Position numbers and translations under genes: made by a program. From the NCBI GenBank assembly GCA_018818145.1, contig JAHIST010000087.1, forward strand, positions 1 to 38,775: 38,775 nucleotides of DNA, written 5' to 3'. This DNA comes from Patescibacteria group bacterium. Lineage in GTDB: Bacteria > Patescibacteriota > Minisyncoccia > Portnoybacterales > GWB1-42-6. The notes beneath the pieces were generated by a model. That model made no database searches, had not been told where the DNA came from, and worked only from the letters and a program-made list of their open reading frames with translations. This document shows, one piece after another, positions 25,930 through 33,598 of this stretch (the stretch's first letter is position 1; each line of letters begins with the position of its first letter).

Positions 25930-26874
25930 TTGATAATTGTCAGAGGAAAAATAAAATGGAAAATTGCTGCGATTTTAATTATTGTTATTGCGGCAATTTC
26001 GTTTATCTTGGTTTTTTTGCGGCTGAATGGCAATTTTAAAATTGGCAAGAAAAATTCAAATTTGCCGGTCAGGCGAGATTCAGAAAATTTTGTTTCTTCG
26101 CAAGATTACATTGTTTTTGATTATGGAAATGCCAAAGATTATGTTGAAAAATATTTTAGAGATAATCCGGCCGGCAAGGTTAATGATTTTCAAATCGGTA
26201 TAACTTCTCATCATTTGCCGTCTGCCGCTTATTTTATAGGAGATTTTTATCAGAACCTCGGAAAGGCAAATGACAAGATTTTTGTGGTGGTCGGGCCGGA
26301 CCATTTTGAAAGTTGCGGCGGTATGCTCTTAACTACACAAAAATCCTTTCTGACTCCTTTTGGAATTTTGGAAAGCGATTCGGAAATTGTTAAAAAGATT
26401 ATTGAGAGCGGAGCAATTTTTAATGACACATGTTTCAGTAGAGAGCATTCTATCGCTGTCCAAGCCCTTTTTATAAAATTTCTTTTTCCCGACGCAAAAA
26501 TTGTTGCTTTGCTTCTTTCGGCGAATATTGACACAAATACACTTCAAAATTTAACAAATAGTCTGAAAGCATTTGGGAAAAAAATAGTCCTGATTGGCAG
26601 CGTTGACTTTTCGCATTATCGCCCCTATGAGATTGCCGCCAGCCTGGATGCAGAAAGCGAAAAAATGATTTTAAATTATGATGTTTCTGCGATTGATCTT
26701 GGCCACGTTGATTCTCCTCCGACAATAAAATTATTAGTTTCTTTGGCAAGAGAATGGAAACTGAAGCCGCGGATTTTAGGCAGGGCAAACTCTTTTAATT
26801 TTACCGGAAAAACTGAAGACACGACGGGCTATATTAATGCGATTTTTTATGCTCCGGTTGGGAGCCGAGATTGA
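25930..26874 (+). CDS. Memo-like / AmmeMemoRadiSam system protein B family, membrane-anchored
   Basis: Motifs ITSHHLPSA, VVVGPDHF, SREHSIAVQALFIKFLFP and GSVDFSHY. There is an N-terminal TM segment (KIAAILIIVIAAISFILVFL). It has a TTG start; no in-frame ATG is nearby. Confidence 0.65.
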   Translation: MIIVRGKIKWKIAAILIIVIAAISFILVFLRLNGNFKIGKKNSNLPVRRDSENFVSSQDYIVFDYGNAKDYVEKYFRDNPAGKVNDFQIGITSHHLPSAAYFIGDFYQNLGKANDKIFVVVGPDHFESCGGMLLTTQKSFLTPFGILESDSEIVKKIIESGAIFNDTCFSREHSIAVQALFIKFLFPDAKIVALLLSANIDTNTLQNLTNSLKAFGKKIVLIGSVDFSHYRPYEIAASLDAESEKMILNYDVSAIDLGHVDSPPTIKLLVSLAREWKLKPRILGRANSFNFTGKTEDTTGYINAIFYAPVGSRD

Positions 26875-26929
26875 AAAAATCTTAAATTTATGGCAAAATT
26901 AAACCATCTTGAAAGGATGGTTTTTGTTT

Positions 26930-28942
26930 ATGGAACAGCAAAAAAACATCAGAAATTTTTGTATCGTGGCGCATATTGACCATGGCAAGTCCACTTTAGC
27001 GGATCGTTTTTTGGAATTGACGCAAACAGTAGAAAAACGAAAAATGCGTGAGCAATTTCTGGACCAGATGGATTTGGAGAGGGAGCGAGGAATAACAATC
27101 AAGCTGCAGCCGGTCAGGATGGAATACGTTTTGAAAAATCCAAATAACAAAATCCAAAGTTTAAATAAATTTCAAAATCCAAATGACCAAAATGTTCCGC
27201 CCGCTTCGCCGCAGCTTCAACGAGGCGAGCAGGGCGGGACTGGATTAGAAATTAGAAATTCGGATTTAGAAATTGCAGATTCAAAATTTATTTTGAATCT
27301 GATTGATACTCCGGGGCATGTAGACTTCTCATATGAAGTATCAAGATCGCTGGCCGCGGTGGAAGGCGCGATTTTGCTGGTGGACGCGACCAAAGGAGTG
27401 CAGGCCCAAACTTTGGCTAATTTATATTTAGCCCAGCAGCAAAATTTAGTTATTATTTCGGCAATCAATAAAATTGACTTGCCGGGCGCCAGAGTTTCGG
27501 AAGTGGAAGATGAAATCAGGAATATTTTGGGCGAAAAAGGCGCGGCTACGGAAATTTTTAAAATTTCCGCCAAAGAAGGCACAGATGTTGAAAAATTATT
27601 GCAGGCGGTAATAACTCAAGTTCCGTTGCCCGAAGGCGATGCGCAAAAACCCTTGCGCGCTTTGGTTTTTGATTCTGCTTACGATTCTTACAAGGGCGTA
27701 ATTGCCTATGTGCGGTTAATAGACGGAGAGATAAAGCGGGAAGACAAAATTATTTTTATGGCTTCAAAAGCCCGTGCTGAAGCGCTTGAGGTAGGAGTTT
27801 TTAAGCCCGATTTGCGTCCGGTTCAAAAATTGTCGGCCGGTGAGATCGGCTATATTGCCACCGGCCTGAAAGACGTGGCGCTTTGTCGCGTAGGCGACAC
27901 TATAACTATATCAAATATCAAAAATCCCCGGCCTCGCCCGGGCTTGGCCGAGGGCGGGCAAAGATCAAATATTTCAGAGGTTAAACCATTATCAGGATAC
28001 CGTGAACCCAGGCCTATGATTTTTGCCAGTTTTTACACGGCTTCCGGGTCGGAGCGGGAAAATCAAGACTTTAATTTATTGCGCGACGCGCTGTCAAAAT
28101 TAAAATTAAGCGACGCTTCGCTGGTTTTTGAACCGGAAGCGTCGGAAGCCTTGGGCCGCGGCTTTAAATGCGGATTTTTGGGCATGCTGCATTTGGAAAT
28201 TGTCAGCGAAAGATTGCGGCGCGAATACGGTTTAAAATTGATTATTACCACGCCAAGCGTGGTTTATCAGCTCAAGGAAAAAAACAATCCCGAACAAAAA
28301 TTAATTTACTCGCCCCAGCATTTGCCCGACGCCAGTTGCACAGAAGAGATTAAGGAGCCCTGGATTAAGTTGGAAATTATCAGTCCCAACGAATATCTGG
28401 GAACAGTGATGAAGTTGCTACAGGGATTGGGTGGAATTTACGCCAACACCCAATATCTGGGCGCGCAGAGAGTCATAATCAGCTATGAAGCGCCGCTGCG
28501 AGAAATTATTGTTGATTTTTACGATAAATTAAAAGGCGCTACTTCCGGTTACGCCTCTATGAGCTATGAATTAATTGAATGGCGGGCGGGAGATTTGGTT
28601 TGTCTGGACATCCTTGTGGCCGGTGAAAAAGTAGAGGCATTTTCGCGGATTGTTCCGCGCGCCAAAGCATTGTCGGAAGGCCGGGCGATCGTGGAAAGAT
28701 TAAAAGATGTTTTGCCGGCCCAGCTTTTCACGGTCGCTTTGCAGGCGGCTGTAGGCGGCAAAATCCTGGCGCGCGAAACGATTAGGGCGCGCCGCAAAGA
28801 CGTGACCGGCTATTTATACGGCGGCGATGTAACGCGAAAGCGTAAATTATTAGAAAAGCAGAAAAAAGGCAAAAAGAAAATGCTGTCGCGCGGCCGCGTC
28901 AACATCCCGCAGGATGTGTTTTTGAAGGTATTAAAGAAGTAA
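26930..28942 (+). CDS. lepA: Translation elongation factor 4 (LepA)
   Basis: Motifs IRNFCIVAHIDHGKSTLADR, DTPGHVDF, NKIDL and the LepA_C tail GGDVTRKRKLLEKQKKGKKKM. ATG 26930 (MEQQKNIRNF) is preferred over TTG 26909. Confidence 0.95.
   Translation: MEQQKNIRNFCIVAHIDHGKSTLADRFLELTQTVEKRKMREQFLDQMDLERERGITIKLQPVRMEYVLKNPNNKIQSLNKFQNPNDQNVPPASPQLQRGEQGGTGLEIRNSDLEIADSKFILNLIDTPGHVDFSYEVSRSLAAVEGAILLVDATKGVQAQTLANLYLAQQQNLVIISAINKIDLPGARVSEVEDEIRNILGEKGAATEIFKISAKEGTDVEKLLQAVITQVPLPEGDAQKPLRALVFDSAYDSYKGVIAYVRLIDGEIKREDKIIFMASKARAEALEVGVFKPDLRPVQKLSAGEIGYIATGLKDVALCRVGDTITISNIKNPRPRPGLAEGGQRSNISEVKPLSGYREPRPMIFASFYTASGSERENQDFNLLRDALSKLKLSDASLVFEPEASEALGRGFKCGFLGMLHLEIVSERLRREYGLKLIITTPSVVYQLKEKNNPEQKLIYSPQHLPDASCTEEIKEPWIKLEIISPNEYLGTVMKLLQGLGGIYANTQYLGAQRVIISYEAPLREIIVDFYDKLKGATSGYASMSYELIEWRAGDLVCLDILVAGEKVEAFSRIVPRAKALSEGRAIVERLKDVLPAQLFTVALQAAVGGKILARETIRARRKDVTGYLYGGDVTRKRKLLEKQKKGKKKMLSRGRVNIPQDVFLKVLKK
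27137..27280. repeat. Composite dispersed-repeat insertion, in frame, between switch I and the DTPGH motif of lepA
   Basis: It has three parts. AAATCCAAATGACCAAAA is about 18/20 identical to 1089-1108. The GC hairpin CCGCCCGCTTCGCC...CGAGGCGAG...GCGGGAC (27197-27240) is about 85% identical to 9773-9817. GGATTAGAAATTAGAAATTCGGATTTAGAAATT is nearly identical to 33675-33707. Confidence 0.75.
27910..27972. repeat. Second in-frame lepA insertion (54-nt period) flanked by a 9-bp direct repeat ATCAAATAT
   Basis: ATCAAATAT occurs at 27910-27918 and 27964-27972. The GC-rich core is CCCCGGCCTCGCCCGGGCTTGGCCGAGGGCGGGC. Removing the 18 aa restores colinearity with E. coli LepA ([23 protein letters not shown], from memory). 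Confidence 0.65.
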
Positions 28943-28951
28943 AAGAATAGA

Positions 28952-28975
28952 AAAAACCGCTTCGGGCGGTTTCCA
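28952..28975. terminator. Bidirectional hairpin terminator (stronger T-run on the minus strand)
   Basis: AAACCGC ttcgg GCGGTTT. The minus-strand reading is followed by TTTTTT. Confidence 0.65.
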
Positions 28976-28996
28976 TTGAAAAAAGTCAGATTTCTG

Positions 28997-29107
28997 CTAA
29001 AATCTTATTAGCGGTGCGACGGTGAAGGCAAGCATGCTTAAAACCACCAAGCTAATAACGATTATCCAGGCGATTTTTAATTTTTTTCTATATTTGTCGG
29101 AAAACAT
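28997..29107 (-). CDS. Possible 36-aa single-TM peptide
   Basis: MFSDKYRKKLKIAWIIVISLVVLSMLAFTVAPLIRF*. It ends just before a hairpin plus T-run on its own strand and is below the ORF-track cut-off. Confidence 0.3.
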   Translation of the reverse strand: MFSDKYRKKLKIAWIIVISLVVLSMLAFTVAPLIRF

Positions 29108-29147
29108 AAAATTTAGTGATTAGTCTTTTTTTATATTATATCATAAA

Positions 29148-29549
29148 ATGCCGCCGATTAAAAGGCTTTTAGGCTCCAAGGTTTTTTTGTTTTTTTTACT
29201 GCTGGCCGTGATTTGGCTGGGCATAGTTTTGGTTAAAACGGCCTACCGGAGATATCAGCTGGACCAGGAAATTTCTTCTTTGAAAAGCGAGATAGAAAAA
29301 TTAGACAAAAAAGATAACGAATTATCGCAATTGATAAAATATTTTAATAACCAGAGCTTTTTAGAAAGAGAGGCGAAAGACAAGCTGAATTTAAAAAAAG
29401 AAGGGGAGAACGTGGTAATGGTGCCCGAAGCGGCCATCAGTCGGGAACTGTCGGAGAGTTCCGCCAGCAGCGCGCCGAAGGCCGAAGTTCAAAAGAAGCC
29501 GGCTGACAATAATTTTATTAAATGGTGGAAATATTTGTTTGGACATTAA
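29148..29549 (+). CDS. Septum formation initiator (FtsB/DivIC-like)
   Basis: An N-terminal TM segment is followed by a coiled coil (LDQEISSLKSEIEKLDKKDNEL) and ...FLEREAKDKLNLKKEGENVVMV, typical of DivIC/FtsB. Confidence 0.65.
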   Translation: MPPIKRLLGSKVFLFFLLLAVIWLGIVLVKTAYRRYQLDQEISSLKSEIEKLDKKDNELSQLIKYFNNQSFLEREAKDKLNLKKEGENVVMVPEAAISRELSESSASSAPKAEVQKKPADNNFIKWWKYLFGH

Positions 29550-29551
29550 AA

Positions 29552-29634
29552 TTTCCCCTCTTTTGTAAAGAGGGGTTAGGGGAGATTTAGATTTTTATAA
29601 AATCCACCCCAACCCTCCTTTAAAAAGGAGGGAG
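29552..29634. repeat. Double-hairpin repeat, copy A (immediately after a stop codon, upstream of tRNA-Gly)
   Basis: TTTCCCCTCTTTTGTAAAGAGGGGTTAGGGGAGATTT...CCCTCCTTTAAAAAGGAGGGAG aligns along its length with 31101-31180. Confidence 0.7.
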
Positions 29635-29638
29635 TCGG

Positions 29639-29709
29639 GCGGGATTAGTACAGTGGCAGTACGTCTGCTTCCCAAGCAGAGGACGCCAGTTCGATTCTGG
29701 TATCCCGCT
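29639..29709 (+). tRNA. tRNA-Gly (anticodon CCC)
   Basis: Manual cloverleaf: acceptor GCGGGAT/ATCCCGC, D arm GTAC-AGTGGCA-GTAC, anticodon arm TCTGC-TTCCCAA-GCAGA, T arm GCCAG-TTCGATT-CTGGT, discriminator T. No CCA is encoded. It is followed by a 12-bp palindrome at 29708-29733. Confidence 0.9.
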
Positions 29710-29814
29710 CAAAAATTGTTTACAATTTTTGAGCGAGGCTCGCCTAGCGGGCGGCCCGCTCCAAGATTAGTTTTTAGTTATTAGTTAAGAATTTAGAAAG
29801 ATTAATAAAAATCT

Positions 29815-31098
29815 ATGGAGAGAACATTAATTAGTCAGGTGAGTCAAAATATAAATAAAGAAATTTTAATCAAAGGCCGCGTGATTAATTTGCGTAAGAT
29901 GGGCGGAATTTCTTTCGCACTGATTCAAGATTATTCGGGTGTGATTCAGACTGTTTGGGAAAAAGAAAAGGAAATTAAAATGGGCGACGCGGTGGAAGTG
30001 AAGGGTAGCGCGCGCCAGGACGAGCGCGCCAAGGGTGGTTATGAAATAGTCGGCAGCGAAATCAAGGTTTTGGCGGCTAGTATTGAAGAATATCCGTTTG
30101 ATTTGTCAAAAAATATTCTCAATTTGCAGCTGACAACTTTGCTTGATAATCGCACGCTGTCTTTGCGCCATCCCAGCGTTCAGGCGATTTTTAAGCTTTA
30201 CAATATTTTGTTGCAGGGCTACGAAAGAGTGATGCGCCAGGAGGGATTTAGCGAGATTAAAACGCCAAAATTGCTGGGCGCGGCTTCGGAAGGCGGGGCG
30301 AATTTTTTCAAAGTTCAATATTATGACAAAAGTGCCTATCTGGCTCAAAGTCCCCAGCTTTACAAGCAAATAATGGTGGGCGCGCTGGAGCGGGTTTTTG
30401 AAATCGGTTCGGTTTTTCGCGCGGAGCCCTCTTTTACCACACGTCATTTAAGCGAATACATCAGTTTGGACGCGGAAATGGGATTTATTGCCGGCTGGCA
30501 CGACGTGACCGCGATGCTGACTAAAATTTTACGCGAAGTTTTTGGCCTGCTGGCCCGAGAGGGCGCGGAATATTTAAAATTGCACAACGCCGAAATTTCC
30601 CAAGTGCCCGAAGAAATTCCCCATCTTAAGCTGGCTGAAATGAAAAAAATTATTGCCAAAAAATATAAATATAATGTGTCCGAAGACACGGATATTGACC
30701 CGGAGGGCGAGCGGCTGGCATCGCAGTACGCCAAAGAGGAGTTTAACTCCGATTTTATATTTTTAACGCACTACCCCTGGGCTCATCGGCCGTTCTACAC
30801 CATGCCTGACCCGGAAAATTCGCAGGACACCTATGGTTTTGACTTAATTTTCAAAGGAGTGGAGCTGGTAACTGGTAGCCAGCGAATTCATCTTTACAAG
30901 CAGTTGGTTGATAATATGAAAAAGAAAGGCGTGAAACCGGCTGGCTTGGAATTTTATCTTGAAGTTTTCAAATTCGCTATGCCGCCCCACGGCGGTTGGG
31001 CGATCGGTTCGGAAAGATTAATCCAGCAGGTTTTAGGATTAAAAAATGTGAAAGAGGCGGTGTTGTTTCCGAGAGATGTGAAACGACTAAGCCCATAA
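29815..31098 (+). CDS. aspS: Aspartyl-tRNA synthetase, short archaeal/eukaryal type (class IIb)
   Basis: 427 aa. Motifs AQSPQLYKQ, FRAEPSFTTRHLSEYISLDAEMGF (motif 2), GSQRIH and PPHGGWAIGSERL (motif 3). Confidence 0.85.
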   Translation: MERTLISQVSQNINKEILIKGRVINLRKMGGISFALIQDYSGVIQTVWEKEKEIKMGDAVEVKGSARQDERAKGGYEIVGSEIKVLAASIEEYPFDLSKNILNLQLTTLLDNRTLSLRHPSVQAIFKLYNILLQGYERVMRQEGFSEIKTPKLLGAASEGGANFFKVQYYDKSAYLAQSPQLYKQIMVGALERVFEIGSVFRAEPSFTTRHLSEYISLDAEMGFIAGWHDVTAMLTKILREVFGLLAREGAEYLKLHNAEISQVPEEIPHLKLAEMKKIIAKKYKYNVSEDTDIDPEGERLASQYAKEEFNSDFIFLTHYPWAHRPFYTMPDPENSQDTYGFDLIFKGVELVTGSQRIHLYKQLVDNMKKKGVKPAGLEFYLEVFKFAMPPHGGWAIGSERLIQQVLGLKNVKEAVLFPRDVKRLSP

Positions 31099-31100
31099 AG

Positions 31101-31180
31101 TTTCCCCTCCTTTAGGAGGGGCGAGGGGAGATTTTAAAACTATTAAAATCCTCCCTATCCCTCCTTTAAAAAGGAGGGAG
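31101..31180. repeat. Double-hairpin repeat, copy B (immediately after the aspS stop, upstream of tRNA-Thr)
   Basis: TTTCCCCTCCTTTAGGAGGGGCGAGGGGAGATTTT...CCCTCCTTTAAAAAGGAGGGAG, the same family as 29552-29634. Confidence 0.7.
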
Positions 31181-31192
31181 AACGCCGGAGTA

Positions 31193-31264
31193 GTCCCGAT
31201 TTTTTCAAAATCTTTGATTTTGTGAAAAATCGAGGATCCTCGATTTCCTTTGGGAAATCGGGAC
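31193..31264. repeat. Palindromic element GTCCCGATT...AAATCGAGGATCCTCGATTT...AATCGGGAC, copy 1
   Basis: The ends GTCCCGAT / ATCGGGAC are inverted. The central AAATCGAGGATCC(T/A)CGAT is shared with 33531-33583. Confidence 0.6.
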
Positions 31265-31282
31265 TCAGCTTGCCCCGTTAGA

Positions 31283-31355
31283 GCCACCTTAGCTCAGCTG
31301 GTAGAGCAACGCACTCGTAACGCGTAGGTCCCCAGTTCGATTCTGGGAGGTGGCT
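31283..31355 (+). tRNA. tRNA-Thr (anticodon CGT)
   Basis: Acceptor GCCACCT/AGGTGGC, D arm GCTC-AGCTGGTA-GAGC, anticodon loop CTCGTAA, T arm CCCAG-TTCGATT-CTGGG, discriminator T. No CCA is encoded. Positions 31-39 form an A-C mismatch. Confidence 0.9.
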
Positions 31356-31589
31356 CTAACGGGGTGAAGTAGAGCAGGGCTTTTCCCGCTTGGCGGGATA
31401 AACTCCAAGCTCAGGCCGCTTGCCGGCCCATATTTGATGAAATCTTTGATGAAGTCTTTAGGGATCAATTTTCTTCCAAAAGGGAAAAATAGGGTGGAGT
31501 TTAGTAGCTCCCTAAAAGGGTAATTGTACCTCTCCGTCATAAGCGGACAAGGGCAGAACAAGAACCTATCCCCGTTTTCCTTTGTATGC

Positions 31590-31625
31590 CTCCGGCTGAG
31601 TTCAGCCGGAGCTTTTCTTTTTATC
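31590..31625 (+). terminator. Strong intrinsic terminator upstream of prfB
   Basis: CTCCGGCTGA gt TCAGCCGGAG followed by CTTTTCTTTTT. Confidence 0.7.
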
Positions 31626-31655
31626 TTTTTTATGCTAAATTAAAAAAAGAAACCT

Positions 31656-32778
31656 ATGTTAACTTACGGCGAATTTAGAAAAATATTAGACGCTTTAACC
31701 GACCGGGCTCAAAAGGCCAAGGACCGTCTTTGAGCTGTCTCGAAAAGCCAAAAGAATAGCGGAGATTGAACGACAGATGCAAGACGCCGATTTTTGGCAG
31801 AACCACGCAAAAGCCAATAAATTAAATCAGGAATTGGCGGAGTTGAAGGAAGAGAGGGAAAAATGGGAGAATATAGATTTGGAAATTGAGATATTGAAAG
31901 AAAAAATTGGGAAATTAGGAAATTTAGAAATTGAACAGCCAGAAGAGATAATAAAAAAAATAAATGAGACAGAGAAAAAGGTTAGTCAAGAAGAGTTAAA
32001 GATTTTTTTCTCCGGCCCTTACGACAAAAACAATGTCCTGCTGGCAATTTACAGCGGCGCGGGCGGCACCGAAGCGCAGGATTGGGCTGAAATGCTCCTG
32101 CGCATGTATTTGCGGTTTGCCGAGCGGCGCGGTTTTAAAGCTAAGGTGTTGCATATTCACGAAGGACAGGAGGCAGGCATTAAAAACGCCACAATTGAAA
32201 TTCAGGCATCTTTTGCTTACGGCACATTCAAAGGCGAGTCGGGCGTGCATCGTTTAGTTCGTCTTTCGCCCTTCAACGCCAATAATTTGCGCCATACCTC
32301 TTTTGCCTTAGTTGAAGTTTTGCCGGAAATGGAGGAAACAGGGGAGATAAAAATTAAACCGGAAGATTTAAGAGTTGACACCTATCGCTCTTCCGGACCG
32401 GGCGGGCAGTACGTTAATAAAACCGAATCAGCGGTGCGGCTCACCCATCTGCCAACCGGTCTCGCAGTGGCTTGCCAGTCCGAACGTTCGCAGGGCGCAA
32501 ACAAAGAGACCGCGATGAAGATGTTGATTAGCCGCCTTTACCAGCTGGAATTGAAAAAACAGCAAAAAGAGATTGCCGGCCTGCGGGCCGATATTCAAAC
32601 AAGCGAAGGAACGGCCGAATGGGGTTCGCAGATTCGCAATTATGTTTTGCATCCCTATAAGCTTGTCAAAGACCTGCGCACAGGCGTAGAATCTAAACAG
32701 CCCGACGAAGTGCTGGATGGGAAGCTGGATGAGTTCGTGGAAGCGGAAATTAAAAATCACAAAACAAAAAACACATAA
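31656..32778 (+). CDS. prfB: Peptide chain release factor 2 with programmed +1 frameshift: join(31656..31730,31732..32778)
   Basis: Frame 0 reads MLTYGEFRKILDALTDRAQKAKDRL and then hits TGA within CTT TGA G (31728-31734). The +1 frame continues ELSRKAKRIAEIERQMQDADFWQN... with SPF (VRLSPFNANN) and GGQ (SSGPGGQYVNKTESAVR). Confidence 0.9.
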
Positions 32779-32833
32779 CATGTAACAAAAAAGAGTCCAA
32801 TTGATTTGTTATATGTTTTATACTACGTGTTAT

Positions 32834-33511
32834 ATGATAATTTTTCAAAACATTTCCAAAATTTACGACGGCTGCACAGCGCTGGATAGGGTGAATTTTG
32901 CGATTAAGCCGAAAGAATTTATTTCTTTGGCCGGGCCTTCGGGCGCGGGCAAGTCAACTGTTTTTAAATTGCTTATCGGCGAGGAACAGCCCACCAAAGG
33001 CAAGATTTTTTTGGATAAACAAAATATTCATTTGATAAATAACAGCAATCTGCCGCAGCTGCGCCGCAAAATAGGCATGGTTTTTCAGGATTTTCGTTTA
33101 CTGTCGGACCGCACGGCTTATGAAAATGTCGCTTTTGCCATGGAAGTGGCCGGCGCTGCGGACAGGGAAATAGAACAGGATGTGCCGCAATTGCTGGAGC
33201 TCGTCGGTTTACTGGACAAGCTTAATCAGTTTCCCCATCAGCTGTCAGGCGGAGAAAAACAGCGCGTTGCCATCGCCCGCGCTTTGATTCATCGTCCGTC
33301 GGTTATTTTGGCGGACGAGCCGACAGGAAACCTGGATTTGCTTAACACTTGGGATATTATTCGGCTGTTGATGAAAATTAATGAACTGGGCACGACAGTA
33401 ATTTTAGCCACTCACGACCGGGAAGTTATCAATAATCTTGGCCGGCGGGTGATAACATTGGATAAAGGAAGAATTATCAGGGATGAGGAGGACGGAAGAT
33501 ACATACTTTAA
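32834..33511 (+). CDS. ftsE: Cell-division ABC transporter ATP-binding protein FtsE
   Basis: Walker A GPSGAGKST, signature LSGGEKQRVAIARAL, Walker B ILADEPTGNLD. It lies directly upstream of ftsX. ATG 32834 (MIIFQNISKIY) is preferred over TTG 32801. Confidence 0.85.
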   Translation: MIIFQNISKIYDGCTALDRVNFAIKPKEFISLAGPSGAGKSTVFKLLIGEEQPTKGKIFLDKQNIHLINNSNLPQLRRKIGMVFQDFRLLSDRTAYENVAFAMEVAGAADREIEQDVPQLLELVGLLDKLNQFPHQLSGGEKQRVAIARALIHRPSVILADEPTGNLDLLNTWDIIRLLMKINELGTTVILATHDREVINNLGRRVITLDKGRIIRDEEDGRYIL

Positions 33512-33530
33512 ATTTTCAATTTCCAATTTT

Positions 33531-33583
33531 TCCCGATTTATCATTGATAAATCGAGGATCCACGATGGCTTCGCCATCGGGAC
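33531..33583. repeat. Palindromic element TCCCGATTT...AAATCGAGGATCCACGAT...ATCGGGAC, copy 2
   Basis: Same ends and core as 31193-31264. Confidence 0.6.
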
Positions 33584-33598
33584 AATTTCCAATAATTG

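Noticed and set aside
27129-27297. TTTTGAA direct repeat 162 nt apart as a target-site duplication for the first lepA insertion
   Set aside because: Removing that interval would delete the conserved beta-hairpin residues preceding LNLIDTPGH (compare E. coli KASDGETYQ). The match is short and A+T-rich, so it is probably chance.
31289-31561. 90-aa minus-strand ORF
   Set aside because: It overlaps tRNA-Thr in antisense and runs through repeat sequence. There is no start context or recognisable protein features.
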